Positions 10,023 to 19,313 of a DNA stretch of 64,000 nucleotides are shown here, piece by piece. Below the pieces are notes generated by a model, which saw only the letters and a list, made by a program, of their open reading frames with translations, did not search any database and was not told the DNA's origin. The stretch is from Algicola sp. (GTDB lineage: Bacteria > Bacteroidota > Bacteroidia > Flavobacteriales > Flavobacteriaceae). A program made the translations under genes and the position numbers. The DNA is taken from assembly GCA_018222915.1 (NCBI GenBank), contig JAAEZI010000001.1, positions 1-64,000 of the forward strand, in the 5' to 3' direction. Each line of letters starts with the position of its first letter. The stretch's first letter is position 1.

Positions 10023-10432
10023 TTCAAATTAAATTCTGTTTGGCAATTTTCACATTTGTACTTGTAGCGCGTATGAAATGGTAAGGTGCCTGATAGAAAG
10101 CCAATCAAAAACGCAAAAAAAGATTTCAAATCGGTGATGGTAGAGACTAATTCGGCCTTTTCACTTTGACAATTTGGACATCGAATCGGGTTACCTTCAT
10201 CATCTAATGCATACGGTTTAATCATGCTCAATATGTGCTGAGCCTTCATAGCGTCTTCCGCACGAACCTTCATTTTTACACCACCAATCGCATGGCTTAC
10301 TAAAGGATCCGTATCAATGGTCATATGATCTTGTAAAAAGACTTCTATACCTTCAGCTTCCAAACGACCTTTGATTATTTGGGCTTCTGTGGTATATTGA
10401 AACCTCGCAATGGTTTTAAAAGTTGGGCTCAT
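10019..10432 (-). CDS. DUF2007-like (putative signal-transducing) domain protein with a C-terminal split zinc ribbon, embedded in the bio operon.
   Basis: Small N-terminal alpha/beta domain (ARFQYTTEAQIIKGRLEAEGIEVFL), then CPNCQS ... hydrophobic FFAFLIGFLSGTLPF ... CENCQT. 4-nt overlap with bioD and 22 nt after bioF. Confidence 0.5.
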   Translation of the reverse strand: MSPTFKTIARFQYTTEAQIIKGRLEAEGIEVFLQDHMTIDTDPLVSHAIGGVKMKVRAEDAMKAQHILSMIKPYALDDEGNPIRCPNCQSEKAELVSTITDLKSFFAFLIGFLSGTLPFHTRYKYKCENCQTEFNLK

Positions 10433-10454
10433 TCATCTTCCTTAAAAAAGGGTT

Positions 10455-11594
10455 TCATACTGTTTTCACAAAGGTACTAAGTAACAACAAGACTTCCGAT
10501 ATTTCTTCTTCAGTATTGAAACTATGTAAGCAAAAACGTAGTCTTTCTGTCCCTTTTGGAACTGTAGGTGAACGAATGGCTTTGACATTAAAACCTTGAT
10601 CTTGAAGAAGTGATTCTCCTTTTTTAACCATCTCATTACTAGGAATAATACAACATTGGATGGCGGATTCACTATGAATAAATAACGGTTGAAGCTGCAT
10701 TGTTTGAACCGTTTTCTTGAAATATGAAATATGACGCTGTAATTGGTTTCTTTCAGAAGTTTTAGCCAGCAACTCATAAGCTATTTTTATATTCGCCAAG
10801 CTGTGTGGAGGGAGTGCCGTGGTATAGATAAGTGATCTTGAAAAGTTGATAAGATACTTTTTGAGGTCATGGCTACCTAAAATTGCGGCACCATGACAGC
10901 CAAGTGCTTTACCAAATGTTATGATTCTAGCAAACACTGAGTTTTCAAGATGATGCTGGTTGATTAGTCCTTCGCCGGAGGTTCCAAAAAGTCCAAACGC
11001 ATGAGCTTCATCTATAATAAGATGAGCATTAAATGTGTTACAAATAGATGCTAAAGCCTTTAAATCGGGTGTGTCACCATCCATGGAAAATACAGATTCA
11101 GTAACGACAAATACGGTATGTTCCTTATCGTTTTTTTCAATTAATTCTTTTAAATGAGATAAATTATTGTGTTGAAATTTGTAAGATTTGGCATTGCTCA
11201 TGATAATCCCATCGCGTATAGAGGCATGGCAGTATTCATCGTATAATACGATATCATGACGCTGAGGAACACATGAAAATAATCCTAAGTTGGCATCGTA
11301 GCCAGAATTAAAAATGAGAGCGCTATCAGCTTGATGAAACGCGCTGATTTGTTGTTCTACTTGTGAGTATAGTGGGTGGTTTCCTGATAAGAGACGGGAT
11401 CCCGTTGCTCCATTTTGGTTGATGTTTCGTTCTTTAAGGAATTCGTGAGTCTTATCAAAGAGCTCCTTAGACGTGGCAAAGCCCAAATAATCGTTAGAGC
11501 AGAAATCAATGCCTGGGTTGGATGCATCTAATGATCGTAAGCTTTGTTCTTCGGCTCTTTGATTTAATTTATGTTGGAGTTTTTGGGGAAGCAT
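10455..11594 (-). CDS. bioF: 8-amino-7-oxononanoate synthase.
   Basis: Class-II aminotransferase/AONS blocks (FCSNDYLGF, DEAHAFG, SFSMDGD, TFGKALG). Confidence 0.85.
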   Translation of the reverse strand: MLPQKLQHKLNQRAEEQSLRSLDASNPGIDFCSNDYLGFATSKELFDKTHEFLKERNINQNGATGSRLLSGNHPLYSQVEQQISAFHQADSALIFNSGYDANLGLFSCVPQRHDIVLYDEYCHASIRDGIIMSNAKSYKFQHNNLSHLKELIEKNDKEHTVFVVTESVFSMDGDTPDLKALASICNTFNAHLIIDEAHAFGLFGTSGEGLINQHHLENSVFARIITFGKALGCHGAAILGSHDLKKYLINFSRSLIYTTALPPHSLANIKIAYELLAKTSERNQLQRHISYFKKTVQTMQLQPLFIHSESAIQCCIIPSNEMVKKGESLLQDQGFNVKAIRSPTVPKGTERLRFCLHSFNTEEEISEVLLLLSTFVKTV

Positions 11595-11603
11595 GATCTA
11601 AAT

Positions 11604-12134
11604 TTATTCTACATAAACAATTTTTCCTTCGTCCCTTAGGATGTTTTTGTCTACCCATTGATAATCTCCTTTTTTCGTCGCATCTAATACATCTATTAAT
11701 AAGGCATCAGCAATATGGGAAGCCACATCGAAAGCATCTTTAAGATTATTAGTTGCGTAAACAGGAAATTTTTTATTGCGATCATAAAATAGATTCAATA
11801 ATATAATGTCTCTCGTATTGGTAGTTTGAGCTGAAATAGCTCTTACCGTGATGTCTTCAGTAGTTGCAAATACAGAGATATATTCGGCTTGAGGTAGCGG
11901 TTGCCATTTACCAATCCTTATCCCGAGGAATGATTGTATTTTTCGGTAGGTTTTTGACTCCAAATCAATCTCTGACCCTTCCGTTTTCATTAGTAAGAAT
12001 GCCAATATAATAAATATAATGCCATTAAAGACGCTCACGAATATGAAGCCATATATGCTCATAAACACTAATGCAAAACCTAGTATAACTTTCCAAGTAG
12101 GTACTTTTCTTGTGTATCTTATAATTGAATCCAT
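11604..12134 (-). CDS. Hypothetical 2-TM membrane protein, 9 nt upstream of bioF.
   Basis: Two adjacent TM helices (WKVILGFALVFMSIYGFIFVSVFNGIIFIILAFLLM) then a soluble C-terminal domain. No motif recognised. Confidence 0.45.
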   Translation of the reverse strand: MDSIIRYTRKVPTWKVILGFALVFMSIYGFIFVSVFNGIIFIILAFLLMKTEGSEIDLESKTYRKIQSFLGIRIGKWQPLPQAEYISVFATTEDITVRAISAQTTNTRDIILLNLFYDRNKKFPVYATNNLKDAFDVASHIADALLIDVLDATKKGDYQWVDKNILRDEGKIVYVE

Positions 12135-12185
12135 GACACAAATATAGTCATTGTGTTTTTATGATTTGGTAGCGGTTTTTAATCG

Positions 12186-13403
12186 TTATTGTCGCCTATT
12201 AGCTAAGAGTGGAGGTGGTTCTCCGGTAAAGGGATTCCAGCGACTAATCGTTCTAGCTTGCATTCCAGCCGCAGAAATTACAGCTCTGTCACCATAGCGT
12301 TCACGCATTTTATCGATAGCCTGACTCAAGTGTAGCAATTTTTCGTCATCCTCAAACAAATGAATTTGATGGCCACCTTCCACTAGGTGACTAAATTTGA
12401 CACCAACCAATCGCACTAACAATCTACGGTTGTAGAGTTTTTGATATAAATCTAAAACGACTGGGATGATGTTATGATCCATGGCACTATACGGAATGCG
12501 TTGTTGTTGCGTATAAGTTTGAAAATCGGAATAACGTATTTTAAATGTAATACAGGCCGTTAGTTTATTGCCGCGACGTAACTGATACGCTAAGTTTTCG
12601 GCCATGGCAATGACGATGCCTTTTAATTTAGAGACATCAGTTGTATCCTTGTTGAAGGTGCGTTCGGTAGAAATGGATTTGCGTTCGTGGTACTGGACTA
12701 CTGGACTATTGTCGATGCCATTGGCTTTTTTCCAAATGGAAAGTCCGTTTTTACCTAACACTTTATGCATCAATTCCATAGGCATTTCTTGTACCGTCTT
12801 AATCCGTTTAACACCCAAATCACAGAGCGCTTTGTAAGTGACATGACCTACCATTGGAATTTTTTTTACTGAAAGAGGAGCTAAAAAAGGTTTTTCGGTT
12901 CCTGACAGTACACGTATTTCATTGTTGGGTTTCGCTTCACCTGTAGCAATTTTAGAGACCGTTTTATTGAGAGATAACCCAAATGAAATGGGTAAGCCTG
13001 TTTCTTTTATAATGCGTTGTCGCAATTCGGATGCTAGCTTATGGCATCCAAAAAACTTATCCATGCCTGTGAGATCCAGATAGAATTCATCAATAGAGGT
13101 TTTTTCATATAAAGGAACACTTTCTTTGATTACTTCAGTCACACTTTGAGAAAATTTAGTGTATACTCCCGAGTTTCCTCTAAGGATAATCGCTTCAGGA
13201 CATAATTGTTTGGCCATACGCATGGGCATGGCAGAATGAACGCCAAAGCGTCGTGCTTCATAACTACATGATGCCACCACACCTCGATCACTAGTACCGC
13301 CAATGAGTACTGGTTTTCCATTGAGACGACTGTCGAGTAGACGCTCACAAGACACAAAAAAAGTGTCCAAATCCATATGTACTATTGAACGCTCATTTCT
13401 CAT
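12186..13403 (-). CDS. dinB: Y-family DNA polymerase (DinB/Pol IV-like) with an intact catalytic triad.
   Basis: IVHMDLDTFFVSCE and TSIDEFYLDLTG align with E. coli DinB D8/D103/E104 blocks. Its ATG overlaps the TGA of upstream dnaE2 (ATGA). Confidence 0.8.
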   Translation of the reverse strand: MRNERSIVHMDLDTFFVSCERLLDSRLNGKPVLIGGTSDRGVVASCSYEARRFGVHSAMPMRMAKQLCPEAIILRGNSGVYTKFSQSVTEVIKESVPLYEKTSIDEFYLDLTGMDKFFGCHKLASELRQRIIKETGLPISFGLSLNKTVSKIATGEAKPNNEIRVLSGTEKPFLAPLSVKKIPMVGHVTYKALCDLGVKRIKTVQEMPMELMHKVLGKNGLSIWKKANGIDNSPVVQYHERKSISTERTFNKDTTDVSKLKGIVIAMAENLAYQLRRGNKLTACITFKIRYSDFQTYTQQQRIPYSAMDHNIIPVVLDLYQKLYNRRLLVRLVGVKFSHLVEGGHQIHLFEDDEKLLHLSQAIDKMRERYGDRAVISAAGMQARTISRWNPFTGEPPPLLANRRQ

Positions 13404-16400
13404 AAGGCTTTCAGGTCTTCAAAGCTTTTTTTCTTCTGAAATGTAGGATTTAAAGATTTTATAGCATAGCGAGGGTCTTCAATAATCGCAGCGCGTTCCA
13501 TCGTTGATACTTCAATCGTGACACAGTCGAATTCTAACATAACCTTTCCTGTGATAGTATAGATACCGTTTCCTCGAAACGGATACTTTTTTGCGACAGG
13601 AGGGAAGTGAACGGTGTCAATAAAATCACCATCATAGTCTAAGAACGTACCGAAATACATACGCTTTCCATTAGAGGTGCTGGTGTTTTTAGTGCTGACC
13701 AGATACCCTTCAATGGTGACTGTTTTATGCTGAAGCTGTGTGAGATGCTTAGCACGCAAATCATTTGTGGATGGTTGTTCCAATAGGTGAAACGGATTGC
13801 ATAGTGGGAACCCTAAGAGTTCTATTTCGTCAAAAGCATTTTCTAAATCCGTACTGGAAAGTTGAGGTGTTTTATAGCTAATTTTTTCTGTTTTAAACAA
13901 GGTCATAACATGTTCCTGAACCACTGTTTTACTGATCTTTAAATGTGCTTCCCAAAGCAGTTCTCGTTTATTAATTCCTGTAAATCTAAAAGCATTAATT
14001 TTAATGAGAATGGTTATTTGTTCTATGGAGATAGTGACCCGTTCGAGAAAGTCATTCAAACTCTTAAACATGCCATTTTGAGTGCGTTCCTTGACAATCG
14101 CTTTCATGAGTTTTGACTCAAAGGATTGCAAGAACATAAAGCCTAGATAAATGGTTTTCTCTTTAATAATAGCTTGTGTATAACTGGTGTTGATACATGG
14201 TGGCTCTATAATGCCTCCATGCATTCTGGCTTCATGTACATAAAGTTCGGTACGATAAAAACCTCCAAAATTATTGATGGTTGCTGTCATATATTCCAAA
14301 GGGAAATACGCTTTTAAAAACAAGCTTTGGTAACTTTCAACAGCATAAGATGCCGAGTGGCCTTTAGCAAAGGCATAACCCGCAAAACTTTCAATTTGTC
14401 GCCACACATCGGCTGTAAAGGCTTCTGGAGTACCATTGTTTTTACAATTATCAAAAAACCGCTGTTTCACTTTCAAGAACTCTTCCCGCGAACGAAATTT
14501 TCCAGACATCCCACGACGTAACATGTCGGCTTCTCCTAGGGTAAGTCCGCCAAAATGATGAGCTACTTTAATGACATCTTCTTGATAGACCATAACACCA
14601 TAAGTTTCTGGCATAAGTTTGGCCAATATAGGGTGGGCTTCTTTACGTTTTTCAGGATAACGATATCTCAAAATATAAGCTCGCATCATACCACTTTTAG
14701 CAACTCCAGGTCTAATAACAGAACTTGCTGCGACCAATCCAAGATAGTTATCCACTTGCAGTTTTTTGAGGAGCATTCGCATGGCTGGTGATTCTACATA
14801 AAAACACCCAATAGCCTTGGCATTTCGAAGTAAGTCTTTGATACGTTCATCTTTTTTAAATCGCTTGATATCATGAATATCGATAGCTGGTTTTTTAGGA
14901 TGATTATACCGAGCAATTTCTACAGCTTCCTTAATTTTTCCTAAGCCACGCTGACTTAAAATATCAAATTTATACAAGCCGATGTCTTCAGCAATGACCA
15001 TGTCAAACTGGGTCGTGGGAAATCCTTTAGGAGGCATAAATGTGGCACCGTAATAATGAATAGGCTTTTCTGAAATTAAAATACCTCCTGCATGAATGCC
15101 TAAATAGTTTGGGAACCCTTCGATGTAGGTACTATACTTAATGACGAGTTGTGATAGCTTATCAAGTTGATTTATTTGATATTTTCCCCTTGTAAGAGTG
15201 TCCATTTCAGATTTTGGCAAACCAAATACTTTACCCAATTCACGGATAGAAGCTCTGAATTTAAAAGTGTTGTACACTGTGATGAGTGCGGTATTCTTAA
15301 ATGTTTTAAAAATGAATTCTGTAATATCATCTCGGTCTCTCCATGAAAAATCTAAATCAAAGTCGGGCGGATTTTGACGAAAGAGGTTAATAAAACGCTC
15401 AAAATACAAGTCAAGTTCAACAGGATCAACATCGGTAATGCGAAGTAAATAGGCCACAATACTGTTGGCGCCACTCCCACGACCAACATAGAAATAGTTT
15501 TTGCTTCTGGCATATTTTAAGATTTTCCAATTGATTAAAAAGTAAGATACAAAGCTTTTTTCTTCAATGATTTTGAGTTCTTTTTCAATGCGTTCAAAAA
15601 TGCGATTACCAGGTCTTTTATAACGATAATGTAAACCTTGATAGGTAAGCTTCTTTAAAAGTCTAAAATCGAGTTTTTCATTATTGGTATAAGTGCTTTG
15701 ATTGTTGGGTGTTTTTGGTGAAAAATCGAAATGGATGGCACAATTATTCACTAGACGCTTTGTGTTTTCAATAAGCTTTGGAAACTCTTGATAGGTGCTT
15801 AGCAGTTGCTCGTAGGGTAGCATCATATCATTTTGTTGACCTTCTTCAGATTTTGATAGTTTGCTTAGTAAGGTGTTATTGTCAATAGCTCTTAGTAGAC
15901 GATGCGTATTAAAGCCTTTTTTATTTTGAAAGGAGACCGTTTTTAAAATGACCAATTTATCTTGTAAAGTAGCCCATTTTGAAAATTTCAAGGCATTTAA
16001 ATCTTTAGGAGCTATTCCTAAAAATTCGTTGTGTTTTAACTTGTAATCTTTCCCCTTTTGATAAGGATATATCACATAGCAATCTGCAACTTCCTGTTCT
16101 GGTCGACTAGGAATTTGTAATTCTTGATTATGGAGAAAGCGGGATAAATAACTATTAATGTTTTGAAATCCAAGGTTATTTTTTGCGATCAAAATAAACT
16201 GTTGTTGTGCACCATTTCTAAAATCGACTCCAATGATTGGTTTGATTTTATAATTTTTAGATAAACGCACAAAATCCAAACAAGCAGAAGTCGTGTTGAT
16301 ATCGGTTAGCGCCAGTGTGTTCACCCCATTTTCTGAAGCAATGGCTAACAATTGCTTTGGAGCAATAGTGCCATAACGCAAGCTGTAATATGTGTGACAA

Positions 16401-16414
16401 TTGAGATACATCAT
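13400..16414 (-). CDS. dnaE2: Error-prone DNA polymerase III alpha homolog DnaE2 (ImuC). Track start 16426 is TTG; ATGs are at 16414 and 16411.
   Basis: N-terminal PHP domain (YLNCHTYYSLRYGTI, ALTDINTT), about 1000 aa with no tau-binding tail, co-operonic with a Y-family polymerase and divergent from a LexA-like gene. Confidence 0.8.
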   Translation of the reverse strand: MMYLNCHTYYSLRYGTIAPKQLLAIASENGVNTLALTDINTTSACLDFVRLSKNYKIKPIIGVDFRNGAQQQFILIAKNNLGFQNINSYLSRFLHNQELQIPSRPEQEVADCYVIYPYQKGKDYKLKHNEFLGIAPKDLNALKFSKWATLQDKLVILKTVSFQNKKGFNTHRLLRAIDNNTLLSKLSKSEEGQQNDMMLPYEQLLSTYQEFPKLIENTKRLVNNCAIHFDFSPKTPNNQSTYTNNEKLDFRLLKKLTYQGLHYRYKRPGNRIFERIEKELKIIEEKSFVSYFLINWKILKYARSKNYFYVGRGSGANSIVAYLLRITDVDPVELDLYFERFINLFRQNPPDFDLDFSWRDRDDITEFIFKTFKNTALITVYNTFKFRASIRELGKVFGLPKSEMDTLTRGKYQINQLDKLSQLVIKYSTYIEGFPNYLGIHAGGILISEKPIHYYGATFMPPKGFPTTQFDMVIAEDIGLYKFDILSQRGLGKIKEAVEIARYNHPKKPAIDIHDIKRFKKDERIKDLLRNAKAIGCFYVESPAMRMLLKKLQVDNYLGLVAASSVIRPGVAKSGMMRAYILRYRYPEKRKEAHPILAKLMPETYGVMVYQEDVIKVAHHFGGLTLGEADMLRRGMSGKFRSREEFLKVKQRFFDNCKNNGTPEAFTADVWRQIESFAGYAFAKGHSASYAVESYQSLFLKAYFPLEYMTATINNFGGFYRTELYVHEARMHGGIIEPPCINTSYTQAIIKEKTIYLGFMFLQSFESKLMKAIVKERTQNGMFKSLNDFLERVTISIEQITILIKINAFRFTGINKRELLWEAHLKISKTVVQEHVMTLFKTEKISYKTPQLSSTDLENAFDEIELLGFPLCNPFHLLEQPSTNDLRAKHLTQLQHKTVTIEGYLVSTKNTSTSNGKRMYFGTFLDYDGDFIDTVHFPPVAKKYPFRGNGIYTITGKVMLEFDCVTIEVSTMERAAIIEDPRYAIKSLNPTFQKKKSFEDLKAL

Positions 16415-16423
16415 TAGGATTAA

Positions 16424-16431
16424 CAAAATTA
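16424..16431 (-). promoter_or_regulatory. Candidate Bacteroidetes -7 box (TAATTTTG on the minus strand) for the dnaE2-dinB operon.
   Basis: Plus strand caaaatta, reverse complement TAATTTTG, matches TAnnTTTG; ends 9 nt upstream of the dnaE2 ATG. Confidence 0.3.
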
Positions 16432-16447
16432 ACTACTATATGTAGTT
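16431..16447. promoter_or_regulatory. 17-bp perfect palindrome AACTAC-TATAT-GTAGTT between the divergent lexA-like and dnaE2 promoters; candidate operator for the LexA-like repressor.
   Basis: Read directly: aactactatatgtagtt. The 6-bp arms are exact reverse complements. It abuts the dnaE2 -7 box and lies about 10 nt upstream of the lexA-like -7 box. Confidence 0.4.
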
Positions 16448-16456
16448 ATTCTTGCT

Positions 16457-16464
16457 TATATTTG
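16457..16464 (+). promoter_or_regulatory. Candidate -7 box TATATTTG for the lexA-like gene.
   Basis: Matches TAnnTTTG; 33 nt upstream of ATG 16497. Confidence 0.3.
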
Positions 16465-16496
16465 TAGTAATTAGTGTTAAAGTTGAAATTGTAATT

Positions 16497-17264
16497 ATGA
16501 AGAACATACAAGCCAACATTAGGCATTTACGGTCGTTGAAGGGATTATCTCAAGAGCGTTTCGCTGACGAACTAGGTTGGTCTAGATCGATGGTTGGGTC
16601 CTATGAAGAAGGTCGTTCTGAGCCACCAATAGAACGGCTTATAGAATTGTCTGAGTATCTTAATATCCCTATAGATATCTTGGTTAAAAACGATTTAAGA
16701 CGTGCTAAGGACACTTCTTTTATACAAATAGGGAATAAGCGTGTTTTATTTCCAATAACCGTGAATGATGACAATGAAGACTTGATTGAGATCATTCCAG
16801 CAAAAGCGTCTGCTGGGTATTTATCAGGATATGACGATCCGGAATATATAGATCAACTTCAAAAGATAAAGCTTCCTTTTTTACCTACAGGTACCCATCG
16901 AGCGTTTCCAATCAAGGGAGATTCTATGTTGCCAGTAAAAGATGGTGCCTTTGTCGTTGCTAAATTTGTGGAGTCTATGGATGATGTGAAAGGAGGTCGA
17001 ACTTATATAGTCTTGACCAAAGATGATGGATTGGTTTACAAGCGTATTTATCTACCAGAAGGTGATGATTTTAATTTATTGTTGAGTTCAGACAATACAT
17101 CATACCAGCCTTATTTGGTTCCCAAAGACCAAGTTTTAGAGCTTTGGGAGTTCACCTGTTGTATCAATACACAAGAGTATGATGAAAAAGAATTGAAGAT
17201 GAGTAATATTATGGCAATGTTTCAAGACTTAAGAGTAGAATTGGAGGCCATAAAGAAATTATAG
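16497..17264 (+). CDS. lexA: LexA-like repressor: XRE-family HTH fused to an S24 (LexA/UmuD) peptidase domain. Track start 16452 is TTG; the ATG is at 16497.
   Basis: HTH region LRSLKGLSQERFADELGWSRSMVGSYEEG; S24 region AKASAGY ... GDSMLP ... VYKRI (Ser/Lys dyad). Confidence 0.75.
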   Translation: MKNIQANIRHLRSLKGLSQERFADELGWSRSMVGSYEEGRSEPPIERLIELSEYLNIPIDILVKNDLRRAKDTSFIQIGNKRVLFPITVNDDNEDLIEIIPAKASAGYLSGYDDPEYIDQLQKIKLPFLPTGTHRAFPIKGDSMLPVKDGAFVVAKFVESMDDVKGGRTYIVLTKDDGLVYKRIYLPEGDDFNLLLSSDNTSYQPYLVPKDQVLELWEFTCCINTQEYDEKELKMSNIMAMFQDLRVELEAIKKL

Positions 17265-17270
17265 CATAAA

Positions 17271-17299
17271 AAACGCCAAACAATGTTTGGCGTTTTTTT
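17271..17299. terminator. Bidirectional terminator between convergent lexA-like (+) and atpC (-).
   Basis: aaacgccaaaca / tgtttggcgttt 12-bp inverted repeat flanked by A-run and T-run. Confidence 0.6.
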
Positions 17300-17316
17300 A
17301 TTAGATGTGAACTGTT

Positions 17317-17610
17317 TTAGTCGGCTAAAACAATCACTTTATTATCTTTCATTTCAACGGTTCCAGAATTAATCTTAACCGTAAGGATTTTGTCGTCATC
17401 AGCTTGAGGGACTACTGTTGCATGTAATTCGTCAAATACTAAATGCGTTTGAGAATGTGTATGAATTTTAACTGTTCCAGCTGTTAATAAGGATACAATA
17501 GGAGCGTGATTATTCAACATTTGAAATTCTCCATTGGCACCTGGCACAACAACTGAGTCTACGTCACTACTAAATAAGGTAGCTTCTGGTGATACAATTT
17601 CTAGATACAT
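17317..17610 (-). CDS. atpC: F1 ATP synthase epsilon subunit.
   Basis: MYLEIVSPEATLFSSDVDSVVVPGANGEFQMLNNHAP, the canonical epsilon N-terminal beta-sandwich; follows atpD. Confidence 0.9.
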   Translation of the reverse strand: MYLEIVSPEATLFSSDVDSVVVPGANGEFQMLNNHAPIVSLLTAGTVKIHTHSQTHLVFDELHATVVPQADDDKILTVKINSGTVEMKDNKVIVLAD

Positions 17611-17627
17611 GTTTCAGTAATTTTGGA

Positions 17628-19139
<1,512 letters not shown>

Positions 19140-19194
19140 TTATGTGTTTAATGTTTAGATATTTTGATCGCAAAAACATTCGTTTTTCGCGCTG

Positions 19195-19202
19195 CAAAGA
19201 TA
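19195..19202 (-). promoter_or_regulatory. Candidate -7 box (TATCTTTG on the minus strand) for atpDC.
   Basis: Plus caaagata, reverse complement TATCTTTG; about 58 nt upstream of the atpD ATG. Confidence 0.25.
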
Positions 19203-19249
19203 TATTTTTTAATTTAATTCTAAAGCAAATTTTATGGCTTTTTTGTGTA

Positions 19250-19289
19250 TAAAAAAACACCGACATTCAAGAGCTATGAATGTCGGTGT
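19250..19289 (-). terminator. Rho-independent terminator of the TBDR-lipoprotein operon (minus strand).
   Basis: Perfect 12-bp stem acaccgacattc / gaatgtcggtgt with a 9-nt loop; the T-run on the minus strand is the complement of aaaaaaa at 19250-19256. Confidence 0.6.
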
Positions 19290-19313
19290 TTGTCATGTTT
19301 ATTTATTCGTTAC

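Noticed and set aside
10466-10777. 103-aa minus-strand ORF nested in bioF.
   Set aside because: It is an alternative frame within bioF with no independent support.
16465-16496. Second possible half-site TTGTAGTAA near the lexA-like promoter.
   Set aside because: It is not palindromic and only partially resembles the 16431-16447 arms. I kept only the perfect palindrome.
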